A stretch of DNA of 64,000 bases from positions 1 to 64,000 of the forward strand of contig MCFE01000493.1 in the NCBI GenBank assembly GCA_002104905.1, given 5' to 3'. The position numbers and the translations under genes are program-made. The stretch is from Basidiobolus meristosporus CBS 931.73. Taxonomy: Eukaryota; Fungi; Basidiobolomycota. This document shows, one piece after another, positions 1 to 11,727 of this stretch. The stretch's first letter is position 1. The number at the start of each line of letters is the position of its first letter. The notes below the pieces were generated by a model. That model was given only the letters and a program-made list of their open reading frames with translations, was not told the DNA's origin and did no database searches.

Positions 1-757
1 GGGGGATTGATTTTCACTCTAGAAAGTAGCTGATCTTTGATCATTTTGCACAAATAATCAATATTGATATGCCCAAATCTCCTGTGCCAAAGCATTGATG
101 TTTCTTCATTTAAGTTACTTATATTGGCTTCCAGATATGATGGAATATAGGTAAACTTGTATATACTCTGATCTCTGATGCCCAAGGCAATATGGGCACC
201 ATTTTGATCAGTGATCCTGTATCCAGAATTATTAAAACTGAAACTGAGTCCTTCTGCTGTGGCCTTGCTTACAGAGTAGGTTCTTGGCTATTTCTGGTAC
301 ATAGAGTACTTCTTTAAAGGTCAGTGTATGGCTTCCTTCACTGCTTCTAAGGTTTACTTGGATAGGTCCTTCTCCCACTGCATCAAGTGTTCTATTGTTA
401 CCCATGAAAACCTTCTTAATTGGAATTTCTTGATATTGGGTAAAGTTCTTTTTGGTGTGCTAAGTGTTGAGAAGCTCCGGAGTCAATATACCACATCTGA
501 GAATCCTTGCTTGTGGTCAAATTTAGTTCAGATATGAATAGTCTATCTTCAGTTGTTGCAGCACTTCCATATTCAGGCTTCTTTTGCTGATAATCTCTCT
601 TTTTGAAACACCGGTCTGATGTGTGTCCTTTCCTTTTGCAGTAGTTGCAAAGCAGGTTGCTGTTGCCTTTGTAGGGTCTTGGGTACCTCCTTTGTTGGTT
701 AACATTGGTTATTAAAGCATTTTCTTCTTCCTTCTTATTGGCACTTGATTTTCTTAA
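1..757 (-). mobile_element. Degenerate Ty1/copia (family A) gag-PR-IN fragment, continuing beyond the window start
   Basis: Aligns by eye to the intact element at ~48510-49220 (zinc knuckle, protease WYIDSG region) with indels and substitutions. Interrupted at 757 by the family B element. Confidence 0.9.
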
Positions 758-1106
758 TGTTGCAATATTCTGAGGAGTATTGGAAGTGATGTGGAGAACT
801 AGAAGATTTACATGTTATTCACTTGTAGATTTATTGATCAAAAGTATGGTATTTATACTTTTGATAAAGTAGAGGAAACAAACGTGTAGAGTTTGTTAAG
901 GAAGGTCCCAAGAATATGTGTGCAAAGTTTGGGGTCTTTTGGACGACTTTGAGAAAAATAATAATCTGGGTACCTGACAATTTGGTGAAAATATTCTAAG
1001 TAAATCCCGACAAGAAATCTAGTCAGGACAGAATGCTAATCACAGAATAAGATCTATGTGACTAAGTTAGCATGAATATTTAGGTGACAATTCAATAATT
1101 ACAACA
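758..1106 (-). repeat. 3' LTR of family B element
   Basis: tgttgcaata...ttacaaca; the adjacent 1107-1118 is the reverse complement of the polypurine tract. Confidence 0.93.
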
Positions 1107-1439
1107 CTCCCACTCAACAAAATATTCATGAGTAATAAATACATATTGTGAGTGTGCAATCTGTAATAAGCGTATAAGATTTAACTGTTTTGCATACTGG
1201 ACTAATATATTATCCAAAGGTGTATGGATTTGTGTTCAACTTAATAGAACAAGTAACTTGGAATTCAGTATGCATATCTACTTAGTAATATGCCTAAAAA
1301 TCTGAATGATCTGATCATAATACTAATCATCAACTTTGATCAGTTGTACGGGCTTGAATAATAAGCTGAGTCTAATTGACAGATCGTAATAATGGTATAT
1401 AGTCTCTGGGCTATCCCATGCTTCTTATTTGAGCAAAAT

Positions 1440-1669
1440 TGACCCACTTTTGGTCAAGTTAAGGTTTTGTCATTTACGGCAGATCTGGAGTTTCCTTATT
1501 TCCGGCCAACAGTCTAATCCATTTAGACAACTTCACTGTGTGTCCATATTAGGCTCAGGGACAGTTACTTCCATCATATAGATGCTATATGAGGTAAAAA
1601 ATAGTGACCTACTTTGGGTCAAGTTAAGGTTTTGTCATTTACGCCTGATCCGGATTATCCTTGTTTCCT
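1440..1669. repeat. Internal ~65-bp imperfect direct repeat (1440-1504, 1605-1669) in element B
   Basis: Shared core ggtcaagttaaggttttgtcatttacg; resembles the RT segment encoding TNLNL in family A. Confidence 0.7.
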
Positions 1670-3718
1670 GGCACTGTGGCACATATAACATGGCCAAAAA
1701 AAGAAGGTTTTTGCTCAACTCTGAGCTGGGATAGCCTGCTCCCACTTGAACCACGTCTGTTTAGTGATTCAGATCCACAAATATGATCTAGAATGGTCAT
1801 CTTTGTCTTCTTTAAATAGCAATAACTTTCTTTGGACTGATTACTTCATATGCGGTAGATTCAAAGTCCATTTGCTTCTTGATTTACCCAGTTTGGTATT
1901 GGACAACACCATGGGTTGTTTGGTAGCTATTCTTAGAGTGCTTCTACTGATTTGGATTGATACAGCTGCTTTTGTCTTATCAGAATATACTTGTAGAATA
2001 GAGATTGGCGCTTTTCCAGAAGTGAGATTCTCCTTAACAAGGGCTTTGATTATCCTTATTCTCCTGATAGTTATTTTCAACCTTGAGCTCGGTTTCCAAG
2101 GCTAACTGATCTTCTCAGTGTCTTCAGAATCCATAAAAACCATCTGGTTGATCCTTGCACCTTTTTCTTTCAGCTCCATAGACAGCAGACATCAAGACTT
2201 CTGCACTAAATAATCTGTTCCAATATATACTACAATATCTAACAGATCCTGTTGAAGTTTCAAGGCTCTTCTGGGGTTTCTAGCTTGAGAACTTTGTACA
2301 AGAGGCTCCATAGAACATATCTGCATTGCCAGATAGTCCAAATATGGCCTACATAAGTTTTGGCACCATTTGGGAAGTACCCTAGTTTGCGGTAGTAGTA
2401 TTTTCCATTTTTTCTTCTTTTCTTTTTCTGCTGATGACCCAGGGATAATTCCTTTTGTGGGGTGGTTCTGGACTTCCTTGCAGGTGGGACCACGGTGTTT
2501 TTGAGCACAAGAGTCTCCATGACATCATTGTTCCATAATATCTGACTATTTGAGAGTGAAATAATCAAAATCGGCATCCACTTAGATCATTCATAACTTT
2601 TGATAGAGTTGACCAAATTTGATCAAATAAACTGCATTTGATAGCTAGCTTCATCAATACTTTGGTATCAGACTCCAATATATCAGTATTTTGAGTTGCA
2701 GAACTTGGCGGTGACTTGATCAATCAAAATTCTTTTGATCTGATCCAGAGAAGTTAAATATCACCAAGTGTTTTCTCCCACTGTAATAAGTGATATATAT
2801 ATAACAAGTATAAAGTACTGTGTTATCTTCTGAGTGGCTCTTAGCTGTGTACTGACCAACTGTTGCTTGGTTGTATACTCCAATCAGGCTTGCAATTATA
2901 TGCTTCACTCCTTTGGCTGGCGGTAGAATCTTCATGCGTTGATTTTGCTAAATTTGTATAATACTTTCTCCCACTGTTTTGAGACTTAAACAGAGTGATA
3001 GCACGTCTAACAGCTCCATATTTAGCTCCTGGTACACTGGTTTCAGTATCAAAACACTTGATACAATTATAGCATTCTTCTAATGGATTGTGTAGTACAT
3101 ATCCGTACTCCAGGTGGATATATATGTATTATATATCATTGGGATCCTTACAATTCAGGAAGCTTGTTTCTGAGATCTTTTTCCATCAGTAGATAGTCCA
3201 GAATGGCGGCTAACAGCTCCAGTATTTGCATTCTCAGCTGTATTTTGAATGGCAACAGATTTTTGGTAAAATCCTCCTCCGGCAATCATTAATAATGATG
3301 TATATTTTTTTTTGCAATTCAGGATAATATCCTATCCAAGAGCTTGTCTAACAGTCAATTGGGGTCATATGAATACATATTGCAGTATATTTCATTGTAG
3401 ATCTGGACCCTCAATTGCTGGAATTACGCAATTTTCTTCAGTAGTGGTAGAGCACCAACATACTATATTTCTTGACACAATTACATGCCAGTTTGATTGA
3501 CTCTTCTTCATAACTAACTTGGATAGTTACTGAAGGCATCTTTTGAAGGCAAGGCCTTCTTCTCCACAGCAATATCCTCATAAACATAGTCCTTTAGCAG
3601 CGGTAGTCTTCTTTAACCTTAGCAGAGCAATAGTGCGGAAAGTCTTTCTCCAGACTAGCAGAAAAGGATCCAAAGCATAGTAGACACCAAGAGGACAGCA
3701 AGCTCGGGGCTCATAACA

Positions 3719-4067
3719 TGTTGCAATATTCTGAGGAGTATTGGAAGTGATGTGGAGAACTAGAAGATTTACATGTTATTCACTTGTAGATTTATTGATC
3801 AAAAGTATGGTATTTATACTTTTGATAAAGTAGAGGAAACAAACGTGTAGAGTTTGTTAAGGAAGGTCCCAAGAATATGTGTGCAAAGTTTGGGGTCTTT
3901 TGGACGACTTTGAGAAAAATAATAATCTGGGTACCTGACAATTTGGTGAAAATATTCTAAGTAAATCCCGACAAGAAATCTAGTCAGGACAGAATGCTAA
4001 TCACAGAATAAGATCTATGTGACTAAGTTAGCATGAATATTTAGGTGACAATTCAATAATTACAACA
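3719..4067 (-). repeat. 5' LTR of family B element
   Basis: Identical by eye to 758-1106; followed on the minus strand by the PBS. Confidence 0.93.
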
Positions 4068-5001
4068 CTTAATTCTTCATCCAGGAGCCTTCCATATATG
4101 TAATTTAAGGTCAAATCTTCAGTTCTGGACTCTAGGGCTGATACAAGGCCCTGAAACTTGTCTGTCAGGCTATTCAGGATGGTAACTATCACATCCTCAT
4201 CAGTAGTTGGTATGCCCACAGATTCCATCTCATCTACCAGCAGGGTAATTCTGTTAATTAGATTTTTCATTTCTTCTCCTGGCAGCATCTTTGTAGTAAA
4301 GAATTTTTGTCTCAGATACATTTTCTTAGCAGCTGAACATGACTGGTAGGTGTCTTCTAATGCCTTCCAGGCATTCTTTGCTGTTTTTGCTCTTGAGCAT
4401 TGAATTAGCAATTTGTCTTTAACATTAAGGCAAATGCAGTTAAAGGCACTTTGCTCTTTCTTCTGGTACTTCAAGGCTTCCTCTCCCACGTTTTTAGGAG
4501 GGCATTCTTCTCTCATGACAATATCTCAAACGCCTCTTTCTTGTAGTAGCATCTTCATCTTCACCTTCCACACTTGGTAGTTAGATCCATCCAACTTTTC
4601 AGCAGAGGGAAAAATTCCAGTAATAGCAGTAGTAGACATTGCAGAGAGTGACAGCTTGGGGCTCATAACCTGTTGTAAGAGTCTTAGAGGTATGGGAAGT
4701 GATTGGGAGGACAAGTAGATGATGTGGTTTTCACTTAATGATTTATTGAATGTAAAAGTAGTATTTATACTTTTACCTGGTCTTGGCATTACAAACATGT
4801 AGAATAGGGTAAGGAAGGTCCCAAGAACATGTGTGCAAAGTTTGGGGCTGTTTGGACAACTTTGAGAATTTTCATGTTCTGGGTAAATATTCAAAGTAAA
4901 TCCCAACAAGGAATTTGTCAGTATTCTCTAGGATTTGAAGGTGATGATCTAAGTGACTAAGTTAGGTGAATATTTAGGTGGAAATACAAATTTTTACAAC
5001 A
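4068..5001 (-). mobile_element. 5' part (gag and 5' LTR 4671-5001) of the degenerate family A copia
   Basis: ORF 4028-4516 matches gag (UBN2-like) of the intact element. PBS GGTTATGAGCCCC lies directly after the LTR. Confidence 0.92.
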
Positions 5002-5059
5002 ATATCATGCCTCAATTGGATTAGAATCATATGAATCTTGCAGGAGTGAGTTAGGAGTT

Positions 5060-5479
5060 TGTTATGTGACTTTTGGCAATATTGCAAATGATTAGGAGAA
5101 CAAGCTGATTATGCGGTCTTCACTTAATTATTCATTGGATGTCATTGTAGTATTTGTACTTTGGGATGGTCTTGTCAAAACAAAGATGCAGAACACTTGA
5201 TGATTTATTGAGTGTTACTGTAGTACTTTACTCTAACATGGTCTTGGCAAGACAAAGACATGCAATATGTTTAGGAAGGTCCCAAGAACATGTGTGCAAA
5301 GTTTGGGGCTATTTGAACAACTTAAAATATTCTCACCAAAATGTCAGGTACCCACAGCATGAAATATTAATAAGCAAATCCTGGCAAGGAATTTGGTCAG
5401 AATTCTCCAAGATTTGTAGACAATAATATAAGCAACTAAGTTAGGTGAATATTAAGGTGTAATTACAAAATTTACAACA
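5060..5479 (-). repeat. Diverged solo LTR, family A-like, with internal duplication
   Basis: Shares ggaaggtcccaagaacatgtgtgcaaagtttgggg and the ...tttacaaca terminus. Left boundary approximate; no clear TSD. Confidence 0.72.
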
Positions 5480-6502
5480 TATCCAACCACCAGTGTTGGT
5501 TGTCACAAGATAATAAAGCACATTTAACAAAGATTAAGACATACAAATCATCTGCGACTTGGCTTTGGGGAAGAGTTTATCACAATGACCATGAACCAAT
5601 ACTAAGTGCCCTTTCCACAACATGAAATGTGATATCTACACCAAATATCCATTCAATATCTACACCAACCAATCCATCCGATAGCAGATCGTTATAGACA
5701 GAGCATGTACTAACAGCTACAGCACTAGATATATGGACTCTGTAGTTAGCCCGCACCACACCGCTCCATGCAGACCAAACCCCCCAATCAAGAAGTGATG
5801 TAGAAAATGAGAAGATTTATTCGGATCACGTGGTGGTAAACCTAGATGGGAGTGTTAGCAACGGTAGGGAAAAGCAGGGATTGTTAGGAGGGGAGGAGAG
5901 GGGAGGGATCGATCCATCAGCAAAAAAAGCAAGTTGGAACCATGTGGTGTGTCTTAAAGACTAATCGTAAAACCATCATTGGATCATGGGCGTGGATGTG
6001 AATGGGACCGGATAGAAATGGATGGTTTACCTACGAGAAGAAGGGGTTAGCTTGGGTCGAGCTGGATAAAGGGTGGGAACACATCGGTTGGGTGCTCAGT
6101 GTAAAGTGCAAGTTGGAACCATGTGGTACGTCTTAAAGACTAATCGTAAAAGCATCATTGCTGCCGTGTGGATAAACAATACATTGATACCATCCACTCA
6201 CCTGATAAACTCCCGAGCGTCTAACGGAACGTGCAGCAGAGAGGACGAGTGGTGGGGTTTTTATTCCATCGGGCAGGAGGGGAAGGGAGGGGAGGGGAGG
6301 GGGATATAAGCCGGGGTGCCGCGCCATGATTGGCCCAGCTGACGAATGGAAGCGGGTTGGAAATTGTTGAGAGACCAGTAGTCACCCATTCGCAACTCGA
6401 TGGGAGAAAAGAAAGGAAAAAAAAAATTCACCAACAGGAAATAGTCAGTCCAGGTGGGTTATTTATGACTTGCGTTTTTACGAACTGTGCACGGTAGTTA
6501 CC

Positions 6503-8144
6503 ATGACTGAAGAGACCCCCAAAGAGACCGCCACCTTCGCTGACTTGGTACGCACCATTCAACCCACCCCCATGATCAACAAGGGTTCTAACGTTTGCAT
6601 CAGGGTATCATTCCCCAATTGGTAGAAGCGTGTGAGCGCATGAATTTCAAGGCTCCTACCGAGATTCAGAGAGAGTCCATTCCCTATGCTATCCAAGGTA
6701 TGTGCGAGTTTGAGCTCATCCCCGTCGTGAACCCACCGGCTAACTGTCCCCAAAAGGTCGGGACATTATCGGTTTGGCCCAAACCGGTTCTGGTAAGACC
6801 GCCGCCTTCGCGCTACCCATCCTTCAAGCGCTGTGGGAGAAACCGTCCGGCCTATTCGCCTGCGTCATGGCCCCCACCAGAGAGTTGGCCTTCCAGATCT
6901 CGGAGACTTTCGAGTCGCTTGGTGCGATCATCGGTGTTCGTTGCGCGGTAATCGTCGGTGGTATGGACATGATGTCTCAGGCGATCGCTTTATCGAAGAA
7001 GCCCCACATCCTTATTTGCACCCCTGGAAGATTGCAGGATCATTTGGAAAACACCAAGGGATTCTCCTTGAGAACCTTGAAATTCTTGGTACGTACGCGC
7101 TACAGATGGCTTCGTGGTGCGACCGCCCCGCGGGCAACTGACTTTGAACCCTTCGATCGATAGGTAATGGATGAGGCTGATCGTCTCTTGGACATGGACT
7201 TCGGTCCCAAGATTGAGCAAATTCTGAAGGTGATTCCCAAGGAACGTACCACCTATCTGTTTTCGGCCACCATGACCACAAAGGTTGCCAAGCTCCAGAG
7301 AGCCTCTCTTCAATCCCCAGTCAAGGTCGAAGTGTCCACCAAGTAAGCGAACACACGGGCCAACGTTGCGACGAAGATCATATACTCACCTGTCCTTCCA
7401 CTACAACAGATACTCCACCGTCAGTACCCTTCTTCAATACTACTTGTTCTTCCCATTCAAGCACAAGGATTGCTACCTCGTCTACCTCCTGAATGAGTTG
7501 GCCGGAAACTCCACCATCGTATTCTCCAGAACGTGCAACGATACCCAGAGAATCGCCCTCTTGTTGAGAAACCTTGGTTTCCACGCCATCCCATTGCACG
7601 GGCAGCTCACCATGCAAAAGCGGTTGGGTGCGCTGAACAAGTTCAAGGCAGGCAGTCGAAACATCTTGATCGCCACCGATGTCGCTAGTAGAGGTCTGGA
7701 CATTCCCATGGTGGATGTGGTGATCAACTACGACATCCCCACCCATTCCAAGGACTACATCCATCGTGTAGGAAGAACTGCGCGTGCGGGTCGCGCAGGT
7801 AAGTCACTTACCCTGGTTACACAGTATGATGTGGAGCTTTTGCAGCGCATCGAAGCGGTGATCGACAAAAAGCTGGACGAGTTCCCGGTGGACAAGGACA
7901 CCGTGCTGCTCCTACAAGAGCGTGTATCCGAAGCACAGAGAATCGCCACCATGGTAAGTTGCCGGCAGTCGTATCTCCAGGTGGCCCACCCATACTGACC
8001 CAGACTCATCCACAGGAAATGAAGGAACTGAACGCATCCAAGAAGGGAGGGAAGCGCGGCAATGGGGGTGACGATGATGATATAGATCCTGCGCTCAAGA
8101 AGCTCACCCAGAGAAAGAAGGGTGCGAAGAGACAGCGTCATTAA
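6503..8144 (+). CDS. RRP3: ATP-dependent DEAD-box rRNA helicase RRP3/DDX47 (6 exons)
   Basis: Spliced reading [15 protein letters not shown]|[10 protein letters not shown]...[11 protein letters not shown]...PTRELA...DEAD...SAT...[11 protein letters not shown]. Five GT-AG introns; basic C-terminus. Confidence 0.95.
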
Positions 8145-8205
8145 GCCCGCCAGGATCAGTATGCAAATAGAATTGTTTATTTAATTAAAAATTAATAAAA
8201 TCGCC

Positions 8206-8927
8206 ATGTGCCCATCGTATCTATCCCTGAAATATCGGTGCTCTGTGCTCGCTGGAGTAGGATGGTTTCCAAGCTGGATTCCACAACAGCAGCATCCTAC
8301 TTTTCGCAACAAGGTGCAGCATCCCGCCTGAGATGGAGGAGCGGAGCCATGTTTCAGGCACTGAGGTGGACTTCTCGAAGGTCATCGTGCGCCTGTACGG
8401 TTTCTCCAAGGAGGGCCTTGACAATGGATCAGGAAGCAGGCTCCTATTATTGGCACCGTTCCCAAAATGAAATATGTGCCCCTCAATATGTATGGAATGG
8501 GTTACTTTCACTATAATCGGCCAGTGAATAGAGCATTGTATGTGCACCAGAAAGAGTCCAATCATGCGACAAATTACGGTCCTGAGAAGCTGAGCAGCAT
8601 GCGCTATAAATACGCTGCCTGGACATCCCCTCAAGGGCCACTTCACCACCGATAATGCTTTGTATCTCTCATCTGTTCACGTTCAAGCGCCACGCGAAAT
8701 CGGTCTTCAAGCAGGGCGCAAGGTACAGCTGTCTCCAAGACCTAGACTACGAACCCTACACCACCGAGATAGCCCGTCAGGAGTTGGAATCGTTCATGTC
8801 CTCGCCAGCTGTGGACGCATACTCGGATGAGCAGAAGATAGAATTCGTGAGACTGGCGGAACTTCTAGAGCTTAGCTATCAACAGTTTGTTACTGGACCA
8901 AGCAACTCACAAGTCCTAACTCGCTAG
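8206..8927 (+). pseudogene. Probable frameshifted hypothetical gene
   Basis: Protein-like segments in successive frames (IPPEMEERSHVSGTEVDFSKVIVRLYGF; MKYVPLNMYGMGYFHYNRP; ...EFVRLAELLELSYQQF) that cannot be joined by clear introns. Confidence 0.35.
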
Positions 8928-9195
8928 CACCCGATATCCCTGGTTGCTTGATATATATAAGCTGCGGCTGCAGTGTGTATAACGTATGATACTTATCTAA
9001 AGGCTGACCATATCTCTTGCGGCATGTACATACCCAAATCTGCCCGTGTTAACTCATGGTACATAGAACCCTCCCCGCTTCATAGACTTTTCTAAACAAA
9101 TAAATCGACCTTGGTGTTTACAGTAGCTGCGCAGTTTATTAGCTTGGGAAATGGCAGGTATTCTATGACAAAACTGGGTGCTCACGGGGTGGAGC

Positions 9196-9516
9196 TTAGG
9201 CAGCGTACTTCTGGATCATCAGCTCCAGCTTCTTGACGTCAGCGCCGACCACCTCGTCAACCTTCTGGGAGTTCTTGAACACCATGAAAGTAGGCATGGC
9301 ACTGACACTTAGTGGTTGGACAATGTTGGGAAAACGGTCGACGTCCACTTTGATAAAGTAGGCTTTACCCGAATACTTGTCGGAGAACTCCTCGAATTTT
9401 GGGGAAATCACCTTGCAAGGGCCACACCAGATGGCGTAGAAATCAACGATGATGGTGTGTCCGCTGTTGATGACCTTTTGGTATGCTTCGATGGAACCGA
9501 TCTCAATGACAGGCAT
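9196..9516 (-). CDS. TRX1: Thioredoxin
   Basis: 106 aa, WCGPC active site, cis-Pro motif AMPTF; intronless. Confidence 0.95.
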   Translation of the reverse strand: MPVIEIGSIEAYQKVINSGHTIIVDFYAIWCGPCKVISPKFEEFSDKYSGKAYFIKVDVDRFPNIVQPLSVSAMPTFMVFKNSQKVDEVVGADVKKLELMIQKYAA

Positions 9517-9800
9517 GATGGGAGTTGTTTGAGGTTGGTCCCTCGGCGGAGTACTTTTTTATACGACCCCTCTTGGCCTTAATTAGCCATTGATCTCAGA
9601 TCTACGAGTGGCCATGATTTAGTCGTGCGTTTGCCCATGATTTCGATTACTAATCCGATGATACTTTGATGGTAGGTTCCTAATCAGGCCAGCCACTCTT
9701 GGTATCCGATTCGTCCGTGGGGTTTACGAGCTCTTCCGAATGAGTCAAGAACTATTTTACATTTTGGTAATTGCTCTGGTCAGTTCTCAAGTGTGTTGTC

Positions 9801-11033
9801 ATGTCCGTAGATTTCAGTCACGTTTTGCCTCCTTCTTGGAAGACCAAGATTAACGAGTGGATTCAAGAAGATATTCCCTCCTTCGACTACGGTGGCTTCG
9901 TGGTCGGTGAAGAGGAGAAGGTCGCCATACTCTACGGTAAAGCTGAGGTAAGTGCTCCACTCCTGTCCATACTTTGCTACTCTGTTGCTTAGCGACATAC
10001 CTTCCCGAAGGGAGTCTTGGCAGGTCGACCCTTTTTCGACGAGATATTTCGCCACTTCGAGTGCCGGTAAGTAGAGTCGGTTGCGAACTGGGTTTTCCTT
10101 TGGCTAAGAAGAGGTCTCTCGTGACAGCGTTGAGTGGTTGATACAGGAAGGCGAAGAGTTTCAGCCTATCAAGGAAGTCGCCAGAGTTTACGGTAAAGCC
10201 AGAAATATCCTCATGGGCGAGCGTCTAGGGCTCAATTTGATTGCTCGATGCAGTGGGGTCGCCACCAGGTACATACTTTTTGTGGTGTTTCGAGGAGGTT
10301 TTCTAAACCATGTGGCTAACACTGTAGAGCACGCCGTCTCGCTGATTTGAAGAAGGCTCACGGATATAAGGGGGTGATTGCCGGCACTCGTAAAACCACA
10401 CCTGGTATGTTTCAATACTGACATGCTCGATGTTTGATGGGAGTAACCATGTATCTGTTTAGGATTCAAATTGATTGAGAAATACGCCATGCTGGTTGGT
10501 GGCGTCGATACCCATCGTATGGACCTGTCCTCCATGATCATGCTCAAGGACAATCATGTGTGGAGCCAAGGTTAGACCCTGCGGTAGGATACTTGGCTGG
10601 AGGGTGGGGCTGACTTCGTTTATGTAGGTTCCATCACCCGCGCTGTTCAGAAAGCAAAGTTGGTTGGGGGATTCTCACTCAAGATTGAAGTTGAATGTAG
10701 AAGCGAGGAGGAAGCCGACGAGGCCATCGAAGCCGGAGCAGATATCGTGATGTTGGATAACTTCTCTGCAGAGGGGTTGAAGGTCGCTGCCCGTAGTGTC
10801 AAGCAAAGATGGGCTGAGCGTGGTCGAACCGTTCTAGTGGAGGCCAGTGGAGGCATCACCGAGGAGACTGCAGTGTCCTACTTCTGTGATGGTATGTCTT
10901 ATCCGTACATTGACTGTGCAGCACCGTTGCTGACGAGTTCGTTTACTCAGATATTGATATCCTCAGCTTGGGCGTTCTCACTCAGAGCGTGCCCCATATC
11001 GATTACTCGCTCAAAATCAAGAGAGAGGCTTAA
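9801..11033 (+). CDS. BNA6: Nicotinate-nucleotide pyrophosphorylase (quinolinate phosphoribosyltransferase), ~7 exons
   Basis: Spliced motifs [59 protein letters not shown]. Confidence 0.95.
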
Positions 11034-11143
11034 TCTGCATGCATTACCTTTATTCGCAAAAAATAAAAGCATTCCAAGAGTATGGGTTATAATACAATTA
11101 TCTTTATGTCATTGAGATGTGAGGAAAGGGGTCAGTTGAGCAG

Positions 11144-11727
11144 CTAGTAATAATACACGCCAAATGCCACAGCCACACAAAACAATGAATCCTAATCAAG
11201 GAACTGTAAGTATGATGTGCCGCTGGTGGAGGCAGAAATTACTTACGTTGGTGAAGATGTCCTGGGCAACGTTATCCGTGTCAGCGTCCCACATGCATCT
11301 ACATCCCACACTTGAAAAAAATTAGTACGGCTATGACGACTGGCAAGAGCAACGCAAAGCATACCGTGCTGCTTCCCCTCGATTTTCCCCAAGGGTGACG
11401 TTCACGATGTATTTGTAACGACTCAGCTCAAGTTCTAAAATATAAAAGAGAGATGAGAACCCATGCAATAGCCAAGGAATCTATACTGTGTACCTTTGAG
11501 TTTGTTTTTGATTGTTTCCGTGATGTCGGCCGTTACTTTGGATGCCTTTTCCGGGTCATAGGTTTGATTTTGAAGATGCTCCACCAACACCTGGTGGATT
11601 ACCTTACTCACGACGGCCGGGCGAAACCTGAGAAACGGTTAACAAGGCGCTTTGAGCAGTTTCCAAACAGTGCTGCTTACTTCTGAGTGAAATTGGGGCG
11701 GATGGAGACGGAGGCCTCTTGCTCCAT
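11144..11727 (-). CDS. TCTEX1D2: Tctex-1 family dynein light chain, TCTEX1D2/DYNLT2B-like (5 exons; absent from ORF track)
   Basis: Manual splicing over 4 GT-AG introns gives MEQEASVSIRPNFTQKFRPAVVSKVIHQVLVEHLQNQTYDPEKASKVTADITETIKNKLKELELSRYKYIVNVTLGENRGEAARVGCRCMWDADTDNVAQDIFTNDSLFCVAVAFGVYYY. The RP-F-Q-FRP start and WDADTDN...NDSLFCV...FG..YY end are as I recall them for TCTEX1D2. Confidence 0.88.

Larger units (their letters stand above)
758..4067 (-). mobile_element. Non-autonomous LTR retroelement (family B), 3.3 kb, nested in family A gag
   Basis: Two 349-bp TG...CA LTRs and a 5-bp TSD CTTAA (753-757, 4068-4072). PBS TGTTATGAGCCCC follows the 5' LTR and PPT GTTGAGTGGGAG precedes the 3' LTR. 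No long internal ORF. Confidence 0.93.

Noticed and set aside
6073-6327. Short ORFs upstream of RRP3
   Set aside because: Non-ATG or low-complexity, overlapping the promoter G-tracts; no protein-like signal.
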